Positions 38,807 through 50,062 of a DNA stretch of 64,000 nt are shown one piece after another. The DNA is from Octopus bimaculoides (Eukaryota): the NCBI RefSeq assembly GCF_001194135.2, contig NC_068988.1, forward strand, positions 20,644,609 through 20,708,608, written 5' to 3'. Made by a program: the position numbers and the translations under genes. Numbering within the stretch: the stretch's first letter is position 1; every line of letters starts with the position of its first letter. The notes beneath the pieces are model-generated. The model made no database searches. It was not told the origin of the DNA and worked only from the letters and a program-made list of their open reading frames with translations.

Positions 38807-39225
38807 GATGGTCAGAGGAAGCGGAATGGATGGCATCTGTGACTTCTTAGAACTCTCAAGCCTGCAGTAAATATCCACCTTCATATTTGTAGGTCAGTGT
38901 TTGTGGGAGGGAGATGTAAGCAGAGATGAAAATCCTGACGGTTAAATTCATGAGATGGCAGAACTAAATAAAATGTTTAGTATGGTAGAGGTCTAGAAAG
39001 TGAGATACATTGAGTGATCATCAGAGATTGGGTGGCCAAGAATTTGTAACAAATGTACATTGCAACAACTACATTGTATACTTGTGGATAGCACATGTAG
39101 TAAATCCCCTCCACCACAAATCCAGTAACTCCCTCACATCACTTACATTTTGAAGTCATCTCTTTCAGTTTCCCACCACTAAACCCCTTAGTTGTACCAT
39201 AAATCATTCATACATTCTATAGCTG

Positions 39226-40040
39226 TCTTCTCTTCCACAACTACAACTAGTAGTTGTCTTCCACAATTACATTTCCTAGCTGTCTTCTACAACTACATTT
39301 CCTAGCTGTCTTCCACAATTACATTTCCTAGCTGTCTTCCACAACTACATTTGCTAGCTGTCTTCCACGATTATATTTCCTAGCTTTTTTCCACAATTAC
39401 ATTTTCTAGCTGTCTTCCACAATTACATTTTCTAGCTTTTTTTCCATGACTACATTTTCTAGCTGTCTTCCACAATTACATTTGCTAGCTGTCTTCCACA
39501 ACTACATTTCCTAGCTTTTTTCCATGACTACATTTCCTAGCTGTCTTCCACAACTACATTTCCTAGCTGTCTTCCACAACTACATTTTGTAGCTATCTTC
39601 CACAACTACATTTCCTAACTGTCTTCCACAATTACATTTTCTAGCTGTTTTCCACAACTACCTTTTCTAGCTGCTACATTCCACAACTATATTCCATAGC
39701 TGTCTCCTACCAGCACCTATACCCTACAACTGCCCTCCACAACTACACTCTGCAACTGTCTCCTGATAGTACATTCAGTAGCTATTTCTCATCACTACAT
39801 TCTATTACTATCCTCCACAACCACATTGTCAGTGCCTCCCCACAACTATATTCTGTCGGTGCCTCCACACAGCCACATCCCATAGCTGTCTTCTACCACT
39901 ACTCTCTGTGGCTATCCCCGCCAACCACTACACTTTGTAGCTATCTTCCAGGCAATCTTCTTTAGCTGTCTTTCACAACTATATTCTATAGCTGTCTTTC
40001 ATCACTACATCCTGTATGTGTCTTCTACAATTACATTCTG
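39226..40040. repeat. 26-bp minisatellite, about 30 copies, decaying to the right
   Basis: Unit atttcctagctgtcttccacaactac; homogeneous over about 39245-39670 and progressively degenerate after that. Confidence 0.92.
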
Positions 40041-40530
40041 AAGGTGATCCCTCACTACTGTATTTCTTAGATCTCCTTATCTTGATCTCTATTACCATCA
40101 CTACCACCACCACTACAGCCAACATCACTATCACAACATATACTATAAATTCTTTTATCACCACCAACACCGCCGCCACCACGTCCAGTACTACAGCATC
40201 AAACACACAGAGACACTGCATCCATCCACACAGCGCCACAGAGAGGCAAGAATGTGAAGATCAAAGGAACAACAACAACAACATCAATGCTTTGATAACT
40301 TTCAATCAGAGAAATAGTTTAATAATAATCAGATTACATTATGGAAATGAAGTTACAAGTTGCTATGACAACTGCTGGCTTTCACCAATGTGGAAAAAGA
40401 GTGGGGAAGACATTTTTAGAGAACAATATCAATGCAAACAATTCCAAATCCACAATTCCTCAACAAAGCTGACATGATTTTCACGTTATTTGACACGACA
40501 TTCAAAAATTTAAAAAATTCTTTTTTTATT

Positions 40531-40565
<35 letters not shown>

Positions 40566-41697
40566 CCCAAGCTGACCATAACCTGACAAATGCGTTCTTT
40601 GTTTTTAAGATAGTAGGGTGAGATTTGAGAAAATTCAGCTCCCATTTCTTGCCGGCCAAGCAACCACGTAGAGCTTCAGAGGTTGTAGTTTGATAAGATT
40701 TAATTTATATGGTCAGTGGAAATGGTGTTTGCCCATGACATTTTCAAACCAGACCTAATATTAGGGATCAATCTGATTTGATCATAGGCCCGCTTAATTA
40801 TAGGCAATTTGGGGCCAAACAACAAACAGTGAAAAGATGTATTAGTCCTCATCCACTTAGCTTAAAAGAAATTCTTGCCAACAAAGAAGCCTCTTGCAGT
40901 CACTCAACTTGCTAGTAATAGCAACCAAAATACCCACATATTGCACCCTTGTCTTAAACAAACGGGAAGATCATGTGTAACCCTAGATATGGTATGCATG
41001 AAAGAAAAAAAAAGGGTGATTACAGATGGAATGTTTCTGACCCTGGTCCATATGATCAATGAGAACTTAGTCTTAAAAAAAAACAACCTAAGAAAAACTG
41101 AAAGTCAGCACTGGTCTCTATATGGTGCTGTTAGAATGATCTAGATTTTAGAATAATAATGATGCACTTCCCCAGTTTGGATTGGGTAGGTCAGCTGCTG
41201 CCGCAGTATTTGACCTTCTAAATGGCTGAGTCACCCTTCAAGTTTGGCACAGACCCAAATTTTATGGATTTCATAGAAAAATGGTGATTGTGGTATATAA
41301 GTACAAGTAATTGCAAATGAAATACCAGTGATGAAAGAGAAAGAGGGGAAAGGAAAGAGGAAGAGGTGGGAGAGGGAGAGAGAGGGAGAGAGGTAGAGAG
41401 AGAGAGAGTGAGAGAGGGAGTGTGTGTGTGTGTGCTATTGTAAGGATTTGTGTGTATTTCTTTTTCATAGCTTAGTCAAACGTGGAATGGAAACACATGT
41501 AACCTTTTTCCAGAGTCTGATGGAGAAAAGGAGTGAAAGAAACAATGATTTGATTCATAAGTTGCTGCAGTATGGGAAACCTGCTTCAACTGCATGCAAA
41601 CAGAGTGGTCTCCCTCCCCTGAAGGCATCCAAGAGCTGATGGTAGTGTTATATCAGATGACAGATTAAGTCTGCCACTCAAAAACAAATATGATCCA

Positions 41698-41864
41698 CAG
41701 GAGTGGCTGTGTGGTAAGTAGCTTGCTTACGAATCACATGGTTCAAGGTTCAGTCCCACTGCGTGGCACCTTGGGCAAGTGTCTTCTCCTATACCCTCAG
41801 GCCAACCAAAGCCTTCTAAGTGGATTTGGTAGACGGAAACTGAAAGAAGCCCGTCGTATATATG

Positions 41865-41895
<31 letters not shown>

Positions 41896-42104
41896 TTGTG
41901 TGTCTGTGTTTGTCCCCCCAATATCGCTTGACAACCGATGCTGGTGTGTTTACGTCCCCGTAACCTAGTGGTTCAGCAAAATAGACTGATAGAATAAGTA
42001 CTAGGCTTCCAAAGAATAAGTCCTGGGGTCGATTTGCTCAACTAAAGGTGGTGCTCCAGCATGGCCGCAGTCAAATGACTGAAACAAGTAATAGAGTAAA
42101 AGAG
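41698..42104 (+). mobile_element. SINE family B; its 3' part is repeated after the gap at 42254-42594
   Basis: Colinear with the consensus. The exact duplicate across the gap is probably an assembly artefact. Confidence 0.88.
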
Positions 42105-42314
42105 AAGAGGTTTCACAAAGTTTCCGTCAACTCAGTTTAACTCANNNNNNNNNNNNNNNNNNNNNNNNNNNNNNNNNNNNNNNNNNNNNNNNNNNNNNNN
42201 NNNNNNNNNNNNNNNNNNNNNNNNNNNNNNNNNNNNNNNNNNNNNNNNNNNNNAACCAAAGCCTTCTAAGTGGATTTGGTAGACGGAAACTGAAAGAAGC
42301 CCGTCGTATATATG

Positions 42315-42345
<31 letters not shown>

Positions 42346-43603
42346 TTGTGTGTCTGTGTTTGTCCCCCCAATATCGCTTGACAACCGATGCTGGTGTGTT
42401 TACGTCCCCGTAACCTAGTGGTTCAGCAAAATAGACTGATAGAATAAGTACTAGGCTTCCAAAGAATAAGTCCTGGGGTCGATTTGCTCAACTAAAGGTG
42501 GTGCTCCAGCATGGCCGCAGTCAAATGACTGAAACAAGTAATAGAGTAAAAGAGAAGAGGTTTCACAAAGTTTCCGTCAACTCAGTTTAACTCACCAGGC
42601 TCAGATTCATCTGAACTTGTGGTAGAAATTACTCATCGAAAGTGCTACAGAGTTGCATCAAACTGAGAATCATAGGATTGCAAAATAAATCTTCTTATTC
42701 ATCATACGGCCATGTTGAGTGTGTATATGGTGAGAGAGAGGAGGGGAGTATTTGAGTAGACTATTATAGGACTATGGTCAGGTAGTTTTCTGATACAGTT
42801 GGTACATCAAATGTTCAAGTCCTGTAACAAATCTTATACTGTGCTCCTTAGATAAGACACACATCTAGCTCCAAATACTTTGGCCAAGAAGTTAGGGTGA
42901 TACCTGTATGGAAAACATGCTATGTCACCCTTCATAGTTGGAGAATAAGAAATAGATGTAGCAGTGGTAGAGATTGTGTACCTAAACGATTTATGTCCGC
43001 CACAGTATTGGCAGTAGTAGTGGTGATGATAGTGGCTATATACATATATTGGTTTTAGATGCTGCACGGCCGTGGTTAATTGGCTAAGTTTATGACATAA
43101 CTGTGATCATCGATGACAATCAATGGCCTGTGTAATTTGTTCAATTAATCCTTTTACTGCAGAAATCAGATGCATCCACTCAAAATTTCGTTACCCTTAA
43201 TTGCAGAAAGTGGTTTATATACCAATCCATCTTTTGTTCAGACATGTCATGTTTGAAACTATTTTTTTGTTGAGATCAAGTTTAGCGAGGCAACATAACT
43301 TACAGAAAATAAAACTTCTATTTTTTGGTAGATATTTAATATCATTGCAGGAACCATCATCATCGTTTAACGTCCGTTTTCCATGCTGGCATGGGTTGGA
43401 CAACTATGCTGGCATCCATGAAATTTAATTTCACAGTCAATGAGTTAAAGACAATCTTTGTAGCTGCACCCAGTAGGTTCTTCTTGAAGGTGCAGGTCTG
43501 CGTGAAGGGGCTTTTGAGGAGGGTGGATGTAATTGCCAGTAGCTCTTGCTCGGAAGCCTCTCTTTCTACATCAATGTAAAAGGCAAGAATGGTACAACTT
43601 GGT

Positions 43604-43984
43604 TTGTTGGCACTCCATCGCTTACGCCGTCGAGGGTTCCACTTGAACCCATCAACGGAACAGCCTGCTCGTGAAATTAACGTGCAAGTGGCTGAGCACT
43701 CCACAGACACGTGTATCCTTAACGTAGTTCTCGGGGATATTCAGCATGACACAGTGTGACAAGGCTGACCCTTTGAATTACAGGCACAACAGAAACAGGA
43801 AGTAAGAGTGAGAGAAAGTTGAGGTGAAAGATTACAGCAGGGTTTGCCACCATCCCCTGCCGGAGCCTCGTGGAGCTTTAGGTGTTTTCGCTCAATAAAC
43901 ACTCACAACGCCCGGTCTGGGAATCGAAACCGCGATCCTATGACCACGAGTCCGCTGCCCTAACCACTGGGCCATTGCGCCTCC
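43604..43984 (-). mobile_element. SINE family A, full length
   Basis: 11-bp TSD tacaacttggt at 43593-43603 and 43985-43995. Confidence 0.92.
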
Positions 43985-44161
43985 TACAACTTGGTACCAA
44001 TGTTGTTATAGGCACTGCCATTCATCATCAAAAAAGAACTGAAACAGATATTGAATGTTATTTTGTCTCTGCTAATCCACAGCTCTAGACTGGTACTATC
44101 AACAACAACAAAACAATGCCGAGAGCAATGTTTGAACTCATGTTCACTTAGTAAATCTTTA

Positions 44162-44562
44162 TAGGCATAGGAGTGGCTGTGTGGTAAGTAGCTTGCTTAC
44201 CACCCACATGGTCCCGGGTTCAGTCCCACTGCATGGCACCTTGGGCAAGTGTCTTCTACTATAGCCTTGGGCCGACCAAAGCCTTGTGAGTGGATTTGGT
44301 AGATGGAAACTGAAAGAAGCCTGTCGTATATATGTATATATATATGTATATGTGTATGTGTTTGTCCCCCCAACATCGCTTGACAACCGATGCTGGTGTG
44401 TTTATGTCCCCGTAACTTAGTGGTTCAGCAAAAGAGACTGATAGAATAAGTACTAGGCTTCTAAAGAATAAGTCCTGGGGTCGATTTGCTCGACTAAAGG
44501 CGGTGCTCCAGCATGGCCACAGTCAAAAGACTGAAACAAGTAAAAGAGTAAAAGAGTAAAAG
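44162..44562 (+). mobile_element. SINE family B, full length
   Basis: Head to (gtaaaaga)n tail. Confidence 0.9.
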
Positions 44563-44795
44563 AACCTTTTAATCTTACAGCTCAGTGATAAACATTTATG
44601 TATGTTTACACTTATTTATATGTATATGTGTTATAGGAGAGTATTGTAGTTCGCTTGAAGCATTGTGTATTGTTTGTAAAGAATAAAAAGTTTAGAATAG
44701 TACAACAATGCACTCGGAAGAAGCTTCGTGAGACCACTACTGAGACACTTCCAAAAAAAAGAAAACCGTTGGAAAACAGTTTATAGCAGAGACTC

Positions 44796-44853
44796 TATCT
44801 AAGAAGATCTGAAGAAGGAATTGTAATTCCGAAATATCATCAGACTATAGATA
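44796..44853 (+). ncRNA. Candidate minimal type I hammerhead ribozyme of the Penelope-like kind
   Basis: CTGAAGA (44809-44815), then A-GGAATT-gt-AATTCC (stem II), GAAA (44831-44834), palindromic ATAT stem III and an AUC cleavage triplet (C at 44838). Stem I is GAT/ATC plus a distal TATCTA/TAGATA helix. Confidence 0.5.
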
Positions 44854-45439
44854 ACCAAATTACAGCAGGTATATAGTCCATTTTTGTTTTATAGTGCATC
44901 GTTGTACCATTCTAAACTTATTATTATATGTGTTATATTTAGTAACAATATCTTTGACTGATACACCATGATAGTGATCACTATTAACAAAGCTTGATAT
45001 CTTGGGAAAGAAAAAACAAAATGAAATAAAAGAAGAAAGCAGATATGGAAAGAAATTGCTGATGATGGCTCTCGCCATTAGATCAACAACATTTTTCTAT
45101 GTTGGTATCTTTAGGGATACCAGCACGGAAAAATGCTCGGGATGTTGTTAATCCAACTGGATATAACAATGAATATCATCAAATCAAGTTGGATTAACAT
45201 CCACCCAGATATAAGCCTGAAATTATGGTGTGGATGATTTAAGATAACATTACTAAATATACAAATGTAAAATACATCTATATACTACTTCTCTGCTACT
45301 GCGTTGTAAACTCTAAACAAGACTGTATAAAACACACACACACACACACACACGTGCCTGCATGCGTGTGTGTAATTGTATTTTTGAATTATATACATCC
45401 GTAAGCAACAATGTAAGAGAAACATATCCAACAATATTG

Positions 45440-45577
45440 CTTACCAACCACATGGTTCTGGGTTCAGTCCCACTGCTTGGCCCTTTGGGCAAGTGTCTTC
45501 TACTATAGCCTCAGGCCGACCAAAGCCTTGTGAGTGGATTTTACAGATGGAAACTGAAAGAAGCCCGTCGTATATAA

Positions 45578-45651
<74 letters not shown>

Positions 45652-45849
45652 CTATGTTTGTCCCCCTCACCATCGCTTGACAACCGATGCTGGTGTGTTT
45701 ATGTCCCCGTAACTTAGTGGTTCGGCAAAAGAGACCAATAGAATAAGTACTAGGCTTACAAAGAATAAGTCCTGGGGTCGATTTGCTCGACTACAGGCGG
45801 TGCTCAAGCATGGCCGCAGTCAAATGACTGAAACAAGTAAAAGAGTAAC
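45440..45849 (+). mobile_element. SINE family B, slightly 5'-truncated, with a long (TA)n tract
   Basis: Colinear with the consensus from gcttaccaaccac onward. Confidence 0.88.
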
Positions 45850-46829
45850 AACTCTCAGAGGAGAATCAAGCCTGTCATGTACTGTTGACCAGTTGGATGT
45901 ACTTGTCAATAGTGTTGATCATTTGGTCAGTCAGCATGAGGTGTGTATGTGTGTGTGTGGTTTAATTCTCTTGAGGGGTAGTTCAGTTTTACATCTGTCT
46001 TTTTTTTTTTCCTGCCGTTTATAGATACATACCCTATCATATTGATATAAAAAGATCAATCTTCTCATCACTTTCACAATACACATCAGTAGACATACAC
46101 ACACACACATGTAATAATGAAGTGTGTTCTTGAAGGTTAAACATGCTCTGCTGGATATGAAAATGACGACACCACATAGCTGTACTGTTGCCAAGGTGAT
46201 AGATGTCGTGTGACCCGTAACCAGTGCAGGCATGAGAAGACGGTTATATAACAATTGGCTGCAACGTGTCAAGCTGTGGAGATGGAGAGAGCCTGACTGA
46301 CAGAATGTTGCTAGGAATGAACAAACACCTTAGATGTGTGGCTTGTAAGACAGACATCGTCTTCCACTAATTACAAAACATGACGTACCTATTTCAAACA
46401 CGGTAGATTTACTTTACACAAGGCATTTACATTAAAACATTACTGAAACAAGATTCAAGAGTTGCTTAATTCTGCCATCCATTTCTTAGCCATGGATTGC
46501 AACTAGAATGGAGTCTCTTGTCTAAGAACGTTACATAATGAATGCTATCTACAGAATACTAGCTGCCATTAAATCATACACCAACAATAGTTACATTATG
46601 CATAATTATTTTGACATGAAACCTTGGTGATGAATGGAGGAAAGTGTGATATCCCCTCCCATACACACACACGAGAAGGTTCAATGTGGTCATTCATTTT
46701 ACTAGAAACAGCAGCTAAATATTTCTTATCTCTTAGATAATGAAGGACACACAGCATCATTAATCCTGGATATATTAAGATGATATAGTTATAGAGTCAT
46801 GGCTGGAATGTATAATATATATATATATG

Positions 46830-47154
46830 AGTGGCACTCCGTTGGTCGTGATGACGAGGGTTCCAGTTGGTCCGATAAATGGAACAGCTGCTTGTGGAAT
46901 TAATGTGCAAGTGGCTGAGCACTCCAGAGACACACGTACCCTTAATGTAGTTAGTTCTCAGGGAGATTCAGCATGACACAATGCGACATGGCTGGCTCCT
47001 TAGAAATACAGGTACTGCTCATCTTTGCTAGATGAGTGGACTGGAACAACATGAAATAAAGTGTCTTGCTCAAGGACATAATGCACCACTGGAAATCGAA
47101 CTCAGGAACTTACAATCTTGAGATGAATACCCTAACTACTAAACCACAAGCCTT
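46830..47154 (-). mobile_element. SINE family A2
   Basis: Colinear with the 16232-16553 copy. Confidence 0.75.
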
Positions 47155-47269
47155 TATTTAACACACACACACACACATACAGACAGTATATTACAGGTAT
47201 GTAGACAGCATACACAACACTAGTATGTGACAATTATGTAGACAGTTTATCAAACACAAATAGGTGTTT

Positions 47270-47533
47270 GTGGCAGATACCAGTGTCACACAAATTGGCA
47301 CCCATGCCGGTGGAACATAAACACACCCCAGTGTCATGCAAATGGCACCAGTGCCAGTGGCACGTAAAAGCACCCATTACACTTTTGGAATGGTTGGCAT
47401 TAGGAAGGGCATCCAGCCATAGAAAACCATGCCAAATCAGACTGGAGTCTGGTGCAGCCTTCCAGCGCGCCAGCCCTGGTCAAACCGTCCAACCCATGCC
47501 AGCATGGACAATGGACATTAAATGATGATGATG
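47270..47533 (+). mobile_element. Retroposon family D
   Basis: Same core and tail, with internally repeated ...gcaccc... units. Confidence 0.75.
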
Positions 47534-48016
47534 TGTTATTTCAGCCATACCATAAGGTTTTGATAGGCATCCCTTGATGAGATTGCTTCAGTCTTAGAAA
47601 CAGAGGAACCTAACTGGATGCTACTCAAACCTGATGAGACACTGTCCTGACATAACTAGACAATGTCCAGGCCTGACCAGACCACACCACACCAGATCAG
47701 ACAGTGCTCAGATTTGATAAAAACAGTGCCCAAACCTGACTGGACCGTGTTGAGATTGACCATGTATTATTGTTAGGTATCTAGTTTGGTTCCTTACTTT
47801 ATAACCAGTGTCCAGACTGACAGAAGAATGAAGCAGATATTATAGGATTCAACTGAAAGGTTGTGAGAGAGAGGCTGATCTATGGAAAAGAAAGGGGAGA
47901 AATTGAGGAAGAAGCAGATGATGTGAAGTCAAGGAATATGTGAGGAATATGGTTGAGCTGAGAGAGAAATGGGGGGAGGAAAGCAGGTCAAGAAGTGAAG
48001 GGTTAGTTGAACTTAC

Positions 48017-48212
48017 CTAGTCGATGCTTCATAGCAATCTCCGTCCTCTCCACTTCCCACTTGTCTGGTTCAGGACTGAAACCAAATACTGTCGGTTTGT
48101 TTCGTTTTGGTGCCGGATATAAGAGTGTAGTAACTAAACCATCTGCATGAATAGAATGGTGGTGGACTAATTCAGCCAACGTGTTAAATCTGTGGTCTGC
48201 TGTAACATATAC
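48017..48212 (-). CDS. Abl: Abl tyrosine kinase exon: SH2 C-terminal half, SH2-kinase linker and start of kinase ([66 protein letters not shown])
   Basis: 196 nt; acceptor ttctctttgctctttCAG, donor GTAAGT; phase 0 to 1. Translation closely matches the Abl-family [12 protein letters not shown]...[10 protein letters not shown]...DKWE signature. Confidence 0.97.
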
Positions 48213-48270
48213 CTGAAAGAGCAAAGAGAAAAAGAGAGAGAATATAATTAAGGGCTTCATCTTAACATAG

Positions 48271-48700
48271 TATCTTATCTATAAAAGGCAGATTTTCTGT
48301 GTGTGTGTGTGTGTGTGTGTATATGTTTAAAATTCATACATTTACACAATTCCAAATCTTTTGGATGAAAGAATCGGAATTAATATTCTAAATACCATAA
48401 CTTAGGTCACAGCGTCATTTTTTCCGTCAAAATAACTCCCAATTACGAATAAAATCCATAAACCTACACAAATTAACATTCCCTACCCTAATAAAATCTA
48501 ATTTCCTCTTTCTACTACCTTTACAAATCCTTCCAACTCCTACTTTCTCTTATGAACCTTTATGAACGATCCAACAACAAATACAAAAAGAAAGGAAGGA
48601 GAAACACTGACAGTAAAAGAAAACTATTTCAGTATCAAAATTGAAACAATCACATTTCGATACTGTAATGACAGATACTTTTACTTTAATGGTTTCATTT
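48271..48700 (-). mobile_element. Related Helentron-like element in the opposite orientation; far end not resolved
   Basis: tatctataaaaggcagattttctg(tg)n start. 48642-48668 is the exact reverse complement of 55842-55868. Confidence 0.5.
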
Positions 48701-48798
48701 TTATACTGAGACTACTACAGTGAAACTATACTCTCACATATATACAGGCATACATACATATAACAGCAATTACAATAACACCTGATCAAGGTCATAGA

Positions 48799-48984
48799 TA
48801 CTAGGGGATGCTGGAACATTGCTGGCCCAACCTCTCAAGTTCTTTTACAGGGCTTAGAAAAACTGAAGGACTGCTGCAATAAGTGTGTGAATCTGAAAGA
48901 GGAATATGTTGAGTAAAATCAATTACCTGGTCCTCCTGTATTTTCTTTTACCCAAAGCCAGGAATTTTTCAGCACTCCCTCGAT
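48799..48984 (+). mobile_element. Same mariner MITE family with a further internal deletion
   Basis: Encodes GLEKLKDCCNKCVNLKEEYVE-stop; right TIR aaagccaggaatttttcagcactccctcg. Confidence 0.72.
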
Positions 48985-49345
48985 GATATTTCATAAATTT
49001 GGATGGTTCTACCTTAATATAATATGAATTCACATAATTTCCCTTTCGTTTTCCTGTCATGTTTTCTGTTCGCCACTATATTCCTCCGCATTACAAAACT
49101 TCATTTAATTTGTTTCCGCGGGAAGAGCTATTCTAACAATGCGTCCTGCCCCAACTCTTTGAAACGCTTAGTTTAGTATGGTGGCAGCTGATGAAGGAAT
49201 TGTTCTCTATGCGGCCTGTGTGTTCTCTGTGCTCTGTTTATGTTCTGTTTTTCATTTTATCCAGTTTTTTGTGATGTCCTGTACCCAGATATGCATCTAT
49301 ACATACATGTACGTATATATGCATATACTCACATATTATTTGTAT

Positions 49346-49377
<32 letters not shown>

Positions 49378-49962
49378 CATACACACACACAATGTATATT
49401 GTATATGAAGAGAAATACAAACAAAAGAAAACAAGATAATAGCAAAGATCAGAGTTGAAACTGTCAAAACAGATACATTAGCAGTTTATTTAAGTAGTGT
49501 GTACTACCTGAGGATAGGCAGACACATCAGAAGCCCCTATCTGATAAAAATATTATACTAAGAATATTTCTGAATCAACCTTGCAAAGGAAAAAAGAAGA
49601 AAAAAAAAAGGCTCAACATATTTCTGGGTTTATTTATTTATTTTTTTTCTCTTATAGACATGATAACAGCACTGTAAAGTTTACAGTCAACTACATTATA
49701 CACCCATTTTATAGCACCCCCCCTACACATGCATCAGTAAGTTGGGATGGTGAAGAGCTAAATTCAACACAATGATAGATTGACCTATCATTAACAATGA
49801 TATTTTGCTGTGAAGAAAGCATACACACACATACAGACAGAAGCTTGCAATAACATTGAAATGGAAAAGAATGCGACTAGATGCAGGATCAGTGTGATGT
49901 TTATATTACTACATGATTGTACTTGCTTCACCTGGCACAAAACACACCATGCAGCTCTAGAT

Positions 49963-50007
<45 letters not shown>

Positions 50008-50017
50008 NNNNNNNNNN

Positions 50018-50062
<45 letters not shown>

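Noticed and set aside
39226-40040. Regular short repeats resembling a CRISPR array
   Set aside because: The units are contiguous with no unique spacers, the context is eukaryotic intron, and there are no cas genes.
47570-47680. TTGATGAG...GAAAC and CTGATGAG hairpin as hammerhead candidates
   Set aside because: The first lacks C3 and the stem II closing pair; the second has a stem but no following GAAA.
49155-49215. GAAAC preceding CTGATGA (permuted hammerhead) and the similar CTGAAGA...GAAA at about 36082-36106
   Set aside because: Stems I, II and III cannot be formed with adequate pairing.
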